Shown: positions 40,006-48,433 of the stretch, piece after piece
Position numbering within the stretch: position 1 is the stretch's first letter
Layout: the number at the start of each line of letters is the position of its first letter
IMG/VR virus record: IMGVR_UViG_3300008262_000014
Span: 63,872 to 127,871 of that record
Origin: a virus
DNA: 64,000 nt
Reading direction: 5' to 3' (one strand)
Program-made: the position numbers and the translations under genes
Notes under the pieces: model-generated
What the model saw: the letters and a program-made list of their open reading frames with translations, nothing else
Told to the model about the DNA's origin: nothing
The model's database searches: none

Positions 40006-41751
40006 TTAATTATCTTTTATTTCAAAATCTGAACCAAAAATGTAATCTCTTCTAATTAAGCTATTTGACATACTATTATTAGAAAAAGGTGAATTATTTG
40101 ATGTTGATGGTCTTCCATTAGATATAATTCTACTACCATTTACATATCCATTAGTAAAAGCGTCTGTTAATTCTTGTGCTGTAAGGGGATTATTTGGATT
40201 ATTTGCGTTATTAGTAGTTGTAACATTATTAATCGTTGTTTCTACTTTAATATTTTCAATATCAGTCGCTTGACCTCTTATTATTTCTTCATCCGTTTTT
40301 GTTCTTAATTCGTCTTGATATGCTAAAAGTTGTTCTGCTTGTGTTTGTGTTAAATTTTCTAAGGCAATTTCTTTCGTGTCTTTATCTAAACCTAAAATTT
40401 CTCTCATTCTATCACTAACTTCAATCGTCATTTTTCCATCTTTCATCTGTGCTAAATTTGTTAAAAATTCAGTCTGTTCATCTTCTAAAGTTAGTCCGGC
40501 CGCCATCATATCAGCAGCGGCACTAGTTCTTTCAGCAGCAGCGATCGCTCCCTTTGCTAATTCATCATAACTAATACCAAGTTGATTAGCCATTTCTTTT
40601 GCCCTTCTTAAATTAACACCTGTTATCTCAAATCTACCTTGTTCTTCATTATATGTCGCCAATGATTGTGCTGCATCAATTAAAGAATCCTGTAATCCTT
40701 CAACATTATTTGTTGCCATATACATCATTTTCAATGGATCATTAAAATCACCTATTGCACCACCTAAAACTTGTAAATTAGCGGCAAGTTCTAATGCCCC
40801 TTCAGGATTCATTACTTTATCTGCGATTTTAAAAACTTCACTCATTGACATTCTAAATTCAATTGATTTTTTTATCATTGTAGTTAATCCGTCAATTCCA
40901 CTTTTAAAACCATATTCATTTAATTTTGATATACTTGATCCGAGTTCTTTTGTTACATTTTTTGAATTGACACCTAATTTCATCACGTTTGAACCTGCTT
41001 CTTTTATACTTTCAATGGCGTCTCTAGCTCCAAGTCCTATGTCTTGAAATTCTGGTAACATATCTACCACGTCATCTAAATCTCCAACATATGCTTTAGC
41101 CGCTTTAGCCGCCTCCACCCATGTGTCTCTATTGTTCATTCTAAATAAACCTATTTCACTATTAAAATCTTCAGCGGCATCAACAAGATCATCAAAACTA
41201 ATCCCCATTCTTAAAAGATATGGATTAGTTTCAGTTAGCTCGTCTCTAAAATCTTTAGAAAATTGACCGGTTAATTTCATTCCATTATTAACCCTGTCCA
41301 ACAATACTGTTTGTTGTTCTAAATACGTTTCAACTTGTTCAAATGCCTTTTCAATAATAATCTTACCTATCTCATCAAGTTCTTTAAGTTTTCCTGTTGA
41401 TTCATCAAAAAGTTGACCAGTAAGTTCACTTACTTTAAATGTTTCATCTTCGTAAGTTGGCATTTGTGGATAAGATGATAGTTCTTGTGTTTTGGCTATT
41501 GCACTAATTCCACCAGTAACTGTTTGAATAAATCCACCACTACCACTGCCACCACCACTTGTCTGAGTTTTATTATCGTAAGCGGTATTTATTTCATTAA
41601 TTTCACTTGAAGTCGGTCTACATTCATTATCGGTTGATGGTTTACCTTCACTATTACACCAATTCGCTAAATCTTCACTATACTTACTAATAGCGGTACC
41701 GGCATCACGATATCCTTTAGTGTATCTACTTACATTTGGACGACTAGCCAT
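40006..41751 (-). CDS. Tape measure protein (putative)
   Basis: Ala/Leu-rich helical 581 aa; canonical position after tube and chaperone genes. Confidence 0.7.
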   Translation of the reverse strand: MASRPNVSRYTKGYRDAGTAISKYSEDLANWCNSEGKPSTDNECRPTSSEINEINTAYDNKTQTSGGGSGSGGFIQTVTGGISAIAKTQELSSYPQMPTYEDETFKVSELTGQLFDESTGKLKELDEIGKIIIEKAFEQVETYLEQQTVLLDRVNNGMKLTGQFSKDFRDELTETNPYLLRMGISFDDLVDAAEDFNSEIGLFRMNNRDTWVEAAKAAKAYVGDLDDVVDMLPEFQDIGLGARDAIESIKEAGSNVMKLGVNSKNVTKELGSSISKLNEYGFKSGIDGLTTMIKKSIEFRMSMSEVFKIADKVMNPEGALELAANLQVLGGAIGDFNDPLKMMYMATNNVEGLQDSLIDAAQSLATYNEEQGRFEITGVNLRRAKEMANQLGISYDELAKGAIAAAERTSAAADMMAAGLTLEDEQTEFLTNLAQMKDGKMTIEVSDRMREILGLDKDTKEIALENLTQTQAEQLLAYQDELRTKTDEEIIRGQATDIENIKVETTINNVTTTNNANNPNNPLTAQELTDAFTNGYVNGSRIISNGRPSTSNNSPFSNNSMSNSLIRRDYIFGSDFEIKDN

Positions 41752-41757
41752 AATATT

Positions 41758-41907
41758 TTATTTTTCTAATAAAAGATTCACATAAAATCTTCTTATATAA
41801 ATAGGCATATTTAAAATATCAGAATAGCTAAATCCCTTTTTAACTAAAAAAAGAATCTCATATAGTATATTTTTACTATAATCCGTAGAAAGCGCGAAAA
41901 AATTCAA
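41758..41907 (-). CDS. GT-like extension of the tail assembly chaperone / T4 gp51-like small protein (possibly reached by frameshift)
   Basis: Not in the ORF track. Open frame FFALSTDYSKNILYEILFLVKKGFSYSDILNMPIYIRRFYVNLLLEK* overlaps the end of 41876..42625. Confidence 0.65.
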   Translation of the reverse strand: MNFFALSTDYSKNILYEILFLVKKGFSYSDILNMPIYIRRFYVNLLLEK

Positions 41908-42625
41908 CCCCAAATCCTATATTATATTGGATTTCTTCTCCTGATGGGGTTTTTGCTTTTTGTAATAATGTTAATGATGGTTTATTTTCATTAACAAATT
42001 TTCTAAAATCTTGTGAATCTTTAATTGGTAATTTTTCTATAAAATTTTTTATAAACATAGGATCTCTGTTATCATTAACAGATTTTATCATAAATTCAAG
42101 TCTTTTTGTCATTATTGGGGGAGGACCAACACCATTCCAATTTTTTTGTATTTCTTCTATTTCGTTTTCTTGTTTTTTGTTTATAAATTTAAATGTAATG
42201 TTGGTATTTGATTTTTGCATATAATATTTATATTCCCCTCTTTCATCCGAATTTAAATTAAAATCTTTAATTTTAACAATACTTAAATCACATGTGGTTT
42301 TAAATTCATTACCTGTTTTTGGGTCTATTAATGTAACAATATAATCTGAACCAAAAGATGTATTCCTTAAAAATATTAAAATAGCGTTAACATCATCGTC
42401 AACTAATTCATCAACACTAATATCTTTATCGAGTACTTTTCTTTTTAATAATTCATAAACAATATCTTTTGTTTTTGTTAAGTTTGGAGATGATAATATA
42501 TTTTCGTCTGCCGCTGTTAGGTATGCCACTCTTACGGATTTTTTATTATTTTCATAATATATTCCTTTAGATGGTAATTCAACAACATCATATGCAATTG
42601 TTGGATCGATTTTAAATTCACTCAT
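41876..42625 (-). CDS. Tail assembly chaperone / baseplate hub assembly protein (T4 gp26-like)
   Basis: VELPSKG, LTAADENIL, AILIFLRNTSFG, C-terminal GVEFF; lies between tube and tape measure. Confidence 0.8.
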   Translation of the reverse strand: MSEFKIDPTIAYDVVELPSKGIYYENNKKSVRVAYLTAADENILSSPNLTKTKDIVYELLKRKVLDKDISVDELVDDDVNAILIFLRNTSFGSDYIVTLIDPKTGNEFKTTCDLSIVKIKDFNLNSDERGEYKYYMQKSNTNITFKFINKKQENEIEEIQKNWNGVGPPPIMTKRLEFMIKSVNDNRDPMFIKNFIEKLPIKDSQDFRKFVNENKPSLTLLQKAKTPSGEEIQYNIGFGVEFFRAFYGL

Positions 42626-42660
42626 TTTTTTATATTTTGTTTTAATTATTATTAAATAAA

Positions 42661-42686
42661 AATTCCCATATAATTATATGGGAATT
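42661..42686 (-). terminator. Perfect palindrome, probable terminator after the tail tube gene
   Basis: AATTCCCATATAA-TTATATGGGAATT. Confidence 0.65.
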
Positions 42687-42716
42687 AGTAAAAAATGTAA
42701 ATGATAAAATAAAATA

Positions 42717-43205
42717 TTAATATACTAATATACAACGATCCATTCTTAATGATGTTGATATGTTTGCAATATCATCTCTAGAATAATCTAAATCACCAAA
42801 ATTCAAATCAGTTAAAAAACAACCTTGTAATATCCATTTTTCAACAACAACACCTGTTGGATCTAACATCTCCAATTCAACATCTTTTTTATACCCAGCC
42901 GCATAACCCATACGTCCAGTAACTGATTCTGCATGTAAACGAAACCATTCCATTAATGCTTGAGCCGCCGATGGTCCAATTGGATCTTTAAATGTTACTT
43001 TAATTTCATTCCATTCAAATCTACCAGCAACATATGTTGATGTATTAATAAATGGAATTGCAACTGAATTTATTTTAGCACTTGGTCTTGATGATGAAAC
43101 AACATACCATTCATTAATACCTAAAGACGAATCAAATCTTAAGATAAATCGGTTTACTCTCTTCGGTTCAAATGGAACCGGCATTTTCATTAGTAAATCT
43201 GCCAT
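42717..43205 (-). CDS. Tail tube protein (T4 gp19-like)
   Basis: EPKRVNRF, AGRFEWNEIKVTFKDPI, GYKKD, VEKWILQGCF. Confidence 0.9.
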   Translation of the reverse strand: MADLLMKMPVPFEPKRVNRFILRFDSSLGINEWYVVSSSRPSAKINSVAIPFINTSTYVAGRFEWNEIKVTFKDPIGPSAAQALMEWFRLHAESVTGRMGYAAGYKKDVELEMLDPTGVVVEKWILQGCFLTDLNFGDLDYSRDDIANISTSLRMDRCILVY

Positions 43206-43442
43206 GTTTTTTTTATTTTTTTAGTTTTTTTATCTTTATTATAAATATATCGTTATTTAAAAATATTTTTTTTATTTAAAAATTGATAATATCAAAAATT
43301 TTTCGTAGTTTTTTACTCCAGTATTACTAGTTCCAGAATAACTACTTAAATAAATATCAAATAAAATAAAATATAAATAAAACTAGTATATAGCATCCAG
43401 TATACTGGGTAGGATATAAGTTTATAAAAATTATAATATTTT

Positions 43443-43458
43443 TGTTTCTCGTGAAACA
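43443..43458. promoter_or_regulatory. parS-like palindrome
   Basis: TGTTTCTCGTGAAACA differs by one base from the bacterial parS consensus TGTTTCACGTGAAACA; intergenic. Confidence 0.55.
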
Positions 43459-43469
43459 TTTTTTCCACA

Positions 43470-43499
43470 AAAAAAGTGGTCGATTTTGACCACTTTTTT
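43470..43499 (-). terminator. Intrinsic (bidirectional-type) terminator after the sheath gene
   Basis: AAAAAAGTGGTC-gatttt-GACCACTTTTTT. Confidence 0.75.
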
Positions 43500-43517
43500 A
43501 TTTCTTTTAATAATTGA

Positions 43518-46349
43518 TTATATGTTTTCAAATGAAGCACCTGTAGGTGTAATTATGAATTGTAAATCAATAAATTCAAGAGATCTAGTTGGTTTTATGT
43601 AAATTTTACCTCTTAAAGTATTTGAATCCAGATCTTCAGGATCGTTTGATACTGTTACACGGAATTCATATAAACCTCTTTCCTTCTTGATAGATTCAAG
43701 TATTGGATTCACTAATCTCAAGAATTCATTTCTTACTTGTTCGTCATTTTGTTCAAATAACAATCTAATTGCAACAGCGGATATTAGTTTTCTTGCTCTT
43801 AATAATAATCTTCTAACATTAATTCTATCCAATGCAGATTCTCTTACTTGTAAAGTTTTATTACCCCAAATTATGGTTCCGGTATCAGAAAATGTTGCAA
43901 TTGGGTTAATTCTATTCTTATACAATAAATCTCTTTCATCTAAAGTTAATTTTTTAAATGCTTTAATTGAATTAACTAAACCTCTAGAATAACCGGCAAC
44001 CGCGAACCAAGGATATGAAACATTATCAGTTAATGCGATATTTCTAACCACTTCACCTGTTGGTGGGATGTAAATTTGGGTAGCATTATCCCCATCTCTA
44101 ATTTGTATCCAAGGCCAGTATGTTGCAGAATAGTTACTATCATAACCTAAATCTTCTAACATACCCACAACTTCTTCCGCATCACCAACATTTGGTGTGT
44201 TAATGATATATAAAGAATCCGCTCTATCTTCTTCAACCATATCAATCGCTTGATTTGTTAAAGAATTATGGTCATAAAAGTTCAATCCAGGTGTTGCGAA
44301 TACATTTATATTTACCGCTTCAGGATTTGAAAATGTATTAATACCATTTAAGTAAGCGTAATAGTCAGAATTACCCTCATTTGTGTTAAAAACACCACCA
44401 TTTGTTGTCCAGTTAGAAACATAGGTATTTTTACCAAAAATATACTGATCGGTATTTGTTTTTACATTTCTGTATATATCCCAACCATCAAATCCACCAT
44501 ATGCTGCGAATGTGAATTTACGGAATGTAATATTTTGAAATTTACCTTTATTTAATCCTTCTAAATCATATGGTGTTGTTTTATATGTGGTACCAGTTAT
44601 TGATGCTGCGTTTACTGATAAATGGAAACCATGAGTTGTTGTATCTTCAGAACTTGATCCTTTGTATTTAAATAAATCTTCATCATATTTAAACCCAACT
44701 TGTGAAGATAAACCTAAAGAAACTTTTCTAACTTTATCTCCATTTGTTGTTTGTGGTGCACCATTAGATTCATAATAAACAATGTCTCCAGCATCAAAAT
44801 ATTCAGTTTTATACATCACACTACCTAATGTAGAATTTGTACCAAATGAAGTATTACTTGCAAACCCTTTAAATCCAGCAGGAACCGCATCAATAGGTGC
44901 GTTTTCCATCATTTCTAACATTATATATTTTGATTTTAATTCATATTCCCCATCACTCGTACCTATTCTTTTGGCAATATAACCAGGTAAATCAGGATCC
45001 ATTGAACATCTTGAAAATTTCTCAATTCCAACAACATTTTCATCGGTGTCGTAAAAATCACGTACAATTATATCAAATTCTTTAGTGTCTAAATTTATGT
45101 TTTGTATTGATATTTTTACTTGTTCGTTTGACGCTTCACCATCAGATATTGTTATAACTTTGAAAAGATCAGCAACTTTACCACCACGTACTTCAGATAC
45201 TACTGTTGGTGATAATGCTGTCCCCCATCTTTCTACGAAATCATCACCATCTATGTTATAAACATCTGTTGTACTTAAACCTCTAACAAGACCCTGTTGA
45301 TACAAGTTTTTCAATAAATTAGGATATGATTCATGTACATATACAGGGAAGTCAACATATGATTTATCAAAAACAGAATTACCTAAAACTTTTGTAATGA
45401 ATTTAGATGATGTGGTATCTAAACTACAGTCAAATGATTTTAAACCACCAGTTAAACCATTAACAACAATTTTAAATTCACTTAAGGGATCAGTATCAAT
45501 TGTGGATGAAACAATACTAAAATTAGTTGAATTTGTTACCTCTAAAGTTAATGTTTGACCAACATACCTACCTCTAGATCTAAGTGCCACAACAATTACG
45601 TTTGCATATTCTGTGTTTAAAGATGCGGGGTATTTAAATCTTGTTATATTAAATGTACTTGTTGATTGGTTATATACAAAAAGATATGAATAAACACCAT
45701 CAATTGTTGCATCATTACCTGGAGTAGTTTCTGTATAATAAATGTTATACCAATTCTTTTCATTGTAAATACCAATAGGTGAAACTAAACTAGTACCTGT
45801 CAATGGTACTGTTGCAGATGTTGGTACAGGACCAATTGTAAAGTAATCACCATTAGTAAATGTTGTTCCACTCACATATGATGGTATTGTAATACCATCG
45901 GTATTTAATTTATCTGATAATTCAGTATAATAAGAACTACTAGTAACCGCTGTTGTAGACATCGTACTAGATCCCGATGTTGGTGTTGCGGTGGTATCAA
46001 CTGTAACACCACCTAATGTTCTAATACCAAATGTATTATATGGTTTATAACCAGTTAAACCTAAAACTCTTGTTACAAATAATTGATTTGATTCTTGTAA
46101 ATATGCTTTTGCGACATATCCCAATTCATATTTTGGATTACCATTACCATCTTTTTCTGGTGATGTTGTACCGAAATACGTTCTAAATTCATCAAAATTT
46201 GTTATTAAAACTGGTTCGAAAGCGGGTCCTTTTAAAGTTTCACCCACTAAACCTAAAGTAGTCACACCAACGCTCTGTGCGACAAATGTTAAATCTAATT
46301 CTGAGGTATATACACCTGGAGACACAAATACTCTGTTTGAAGTAGCCAT
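43518..46349 (-). CDS. Tail sheath protein
   Basis: SPGVY N-terminus, YWPWIQI, PWFAVAGYSRG, RINPIATF, WGNKTLQ, RINVRRLLL, KPTRSLEFI. Confidence 0.95.
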   Translation of the reverse strand: MATSNRVFVSPGVYTSELDLTFVAQSVGVTTLGLVGETLKGPAFEPVLITNFDEFRTYFGTTSPEKDGNGNPKYELGYVAKAYLQESNQLFVTRVLGLTGYKPYNTFGIRTLGGVTVDTTATPTSGSSTMSTTAVTSSSYYTELSDKLNTDGITIPSYVSGTTFTNGDYFTIGPVPTSATVPLTGTSLVSPIGIYNEKNWYNIYYTETTPGNDATIDGVYSYLFVYNQSTSTFNITRFKYPASLNTEYANVIVVALRSRGRYVGQTLTLEVTNSTNFSIVSSTIDTDPLSEFKIVVNGLTGGLKSFDCSLDTTSSKFITKVLGNSVFDKSYVDFPVYVHESYPNLLKNLYQQGLVRGLSTTDVYNIDGDDFVERWGTALSPTVVSEVRGGKVADLFKVITISDGEASNEQVKISIQNINLDTKEFDIIVRDFYDTDENVVGIEKFSRCSMDPDLPGYIAKRIGTSDGEYELKSKYIMLEMMENAPIDAVPAGFKGFASNTSFGTNSTLGSVMYKTEYFDAGDIVYYESNGAPQTTNGDKVRKVSLGLSSQVGFKYDEDLFKYKGSSSEDTTTHGFHLSVNAASITGTTYKTTPYDLEGLNKGKFQNITFRKFTFAAYGGFDGWDIYRNVKTNTDQYIFGKNTYVSNWTTNGGVFNTNEGNSDYYAYLNGINTFSNPEAVNINVFATPGLNFYDHNSLTNQAIDMVEEDRADSLYIINTPNVGDAEEVVGMLEDLGYDSNYSATYWPWIQIRDGDNATQIYIPPTGEVVRNIALTDNVSYPWFAVAGYSRGLVNSIKAFKKLTLDERDLLYKNRINPIATFSDTGTIIWGNKTLQVRESALDRINVRRLLLRARKLISAVAIRLLFEQNDEQVRNEFLRLVNPILESIKKERGLYEFRVTVSNDPEDLDSNTLRGKIYIKPTRSLEFIDLQFIITPTGASFENI

Positions 46350-46389
46350 TGATTTTTAATTTGATTAAATATTTTTATTACGTTTTATT

Positions 46390-46396
46390 ATAAATA
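46390..46396 (-). promoter_or_regulatory. Putative late promoter motif TATTTAT upstream of the sheath gene (representative of about 11 copies)
   Basis: Same motif on the coding strand upstream of genes at 9276, 17967, 20305, 29085/29096, 41797, 43241, 48390, 50384 (+), 54895 and 62865. Confidence 0.6.
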
Positions 46397-46427
46397 TCTT
46401 TATTTTTACCAAAGATTTTTGTATTTT

Positions 46428-46465
46428 AAAGATAAAAGATAATAAAATATCTTTTTTTATCTTTT
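46428..46465. promoter_or_regulatory. Operator-like direct plus inverted AAAGATA repeats
   Basis: AAAGATAAAAGATA-ataaaa-TATCTTTTTTTATCTTTT immediately before ATG 46466. Confidence 0.45.
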
Positions 46466-46627
46466 ATGATAAATAAGAAATCAAAAAATATTAAGATAAG
46501 TGAATTACATCATGAAATGTTAAAAAAACATTGTGAAAAATATGGTTTAAAAATTCATAAAATAGTTGAAAAAATGATTGATGAATTATGTAAACCAAAG
46601 AAAAAAGATATATACGGTGAATCTTAA
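46466..46627 (+). CDS. Ribbon-helix-helix-like small DNA-binding protein
   Basis: Not in the ORF track. MINKKSKNIKISELHHEMLKKHCEKYGLKIHKIVEKMIDELCKPKKKDIYGES*; pattern strand (KNIKIS)-helix-G-helix. Confidence 0.7.
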   Translation: MINKKSKNIKISELHHEMLKKHCEKYGLKIHKIVEKMIDELCKPKKKDIYGES

Positions 46628-47868
46628 TAAACGTATGTAATACTTATTTTTGACCCAACAACTGGTGTGTAATTTAAAGTAACGTCATTTGTTCCTGTAA
46701 CACTAAATCCAATATCATCACTTTCAACTAAACCATTTATTGTAAATGTTATCACATCTGTAATAGGATTTGCGGTAGTGAATGTTAAAGAAGATCCATC
46801 ATATATAAAATGTTCTGTTGTTACATTTAAAATTAATCCTTGTGAATTAACTAAATTTATACCCTGTGTTCCTCTATAATAAGTTATTGTTATAACACTC
46901 CCATTTGGTGGAGGACTCGCAAAAGTTATTTTTGACGTACCTGCAATATGAAAATAATCAACACCTAACTGTTGTACTAAACCATTAATTGCAACATTAA
47001 ATAAAATAGTCATAGATTCACCCACACCAAATACTGTTTTTATTCCATCTGCAATTGACGTTGAAATAATTATATCAATATTTTTTTGAACTACTTTTTT
47101 ACTTACTGATTTTGTATCAACAAATTCTGTTAATATAACAGATCTATTAATTGCTGGTTTTACTTCAAATTCCTCAGAATCTATTAAAAATCCAAGTAAT
47201 ATAAATTGATAATTTTGTATATAGAACCTTCTACCATCTAAGGTATCCATTGGTGTGTTATCCTCTATTCTATCTAAAACCAATGGAACAAAATGACCCT
47301 TTATTGTTGTATAATCCTGTCTAGAACAAAAGTTCTGCATGACCATTTTATTAAATTTATTTAAATCTCTAAATTTGTGACAAACAATTGTAACATCGTA
47401 ACTTATATCAACGGCGATTGGTTGTGGTATTTTATATACATCCGCACCCATCATCCCATTTTCGTCGGCTTTTTTTACTGTTGAATAATGAAATCTTTGT
47501 CTATCTGGTATTGTTCTTTGTACTGATGGATTTGTACCAGGTTGTACATCAGGTTTTCTAATTACTGAAATAAATGGTATCTGTATATTACCTTCTTCAT
47601 CAACGTATTCCCATGTATTTGTTAATTCACCCCATCTTTGAATCGTTAAGATTCTCGGTATTATTGGTATTTTTTTACCATCTGACACAACTACAAAATT
47701 TTTTTCAACATAATCTAACATACCCCTATCTAAATCATCATGTAAAATGCTATCAGGGAGATATGGATCTGATTTTGTTATAAAATCTAATAATTCTTGT
47801 CTTCTTGGTAATAATTCTTTACCAAGATAAACATTAATATTATTTTTGAATTTTTTACGTACATTCAT
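46624..47868 (-). CDS. Tail terminator / sheath stabilizer (T4 gp15-like) with two C-terminal Ig-like repeats
   Basis: PFISVIR, IPQPIAVDISYDV; C-terminal repeats DG...INGL...(P)GS.I.ITY; located between neck and sheath genes. Confidence 0.65.
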   Translation of the reverse strand: MNVRKKFKNNINVYLGKELLPRRQELLDFITKSDPYLPDSILHDDLDRGMLDYVEKNFVVVSDGKKIPIIPRILTIQRWGELTNTWEYVDEEGNIQIPFISVIRKPDVQPGTNPSVQRTIPDRQRFHYSTVKKADENGMMGADVYKIPQPIAVDISYDVTIVCHKFRDLNKFNKMVMQNFCSRQDYTTIKGHFVPLVLDRIEDNTPMDTLDGRRFYIQNYQFILLGFLIDSEEFEVKPAINRSVILTEFVDTKSVSKKVVQKNIDIIISTSIADGIKTVFGVGESMTILFNVAINGLVQQLGVDYFHIAGTSKITFASPPPNGSVITITYYRGTQGINLVNSQGLILNVTTEHFIYDGSSLTFTTANPITDVITFTINGLVESDDIGFSVTGTNDVTLNYTPVVGSKISITYVY

Positions 47869-47870
47869 TT

Positions 47871-48383
47871 TTATACTCCTCTAAATTGTCCTTCTTGTAC
47901 ATACGCACAAGTTATTGTTCTATAATGTGGTTTATAACCATACATTTTATGTTTACCGTCTGATGTTACTCTACCATCATTTGTTACCATATAATATCTT
48001 ATTTTGGTTTCTGATTCAGGATAACCAATGTAGTCACCATATTTTATATCAACTTTTAATTCTTCTAAATGTCTAATATAAACTGATATTGTAATATTTC
48101 CGTGTTCATTATAACGAACTAATCCACTCTTATATGATGTATTTTTTGGTTCATCTATTTTAACTAATGCGTTTATTTCAACAGGAGGTAAAAATTTTAT
48201 TTCATCAGACCCAACTTCAGCATATACATTATCAATATCAGTTTTTCCCCTATCCACACGATATACCACAAGTTTCATGTTTAAATCACCATGAAGATAT
48301 TCTTGACCTAAATCTAAGTTAAAATCATAGTCTTCTTGTGAAAAGAACTTATTAATTCTTGTAATTGGTAATTTATTATCCAT
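47871..48383 (-). CDS. Neck / head-closure protein (T4 gp14-like)
   Basis: YRVDR...DNVYAE...PPVEI...IKYGDYI; genomic position. Confidence 0.6.
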   Translation of the reverse strand: MDNKLPITRINKFFSQEDYDFNLDLGQEYLHGDLNMKLVVYRVDRGKTDIDNVYAEVGSDEIKFLPPVEINALVKIDEPKNTSYKSGLVRYNEHGNITISVYIRHLEELKVDIKYGDYIGYPESETKIRYYMVTNDGRVTSDGKHKMYGYKPHYRTITCAYVQEGQFRGV

Positions 48384-48433
48384 AATATAATAAATAGTTT
48401 AAAAATATATTCTATTTAACTATATTAGTTTAT

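Noticed and set aside
43346-43540. 64-aa minus-strand ORF in the sheath-tube gap
   Set aside because: Crosses a terminator and the parS-like site; composition looks non-coding
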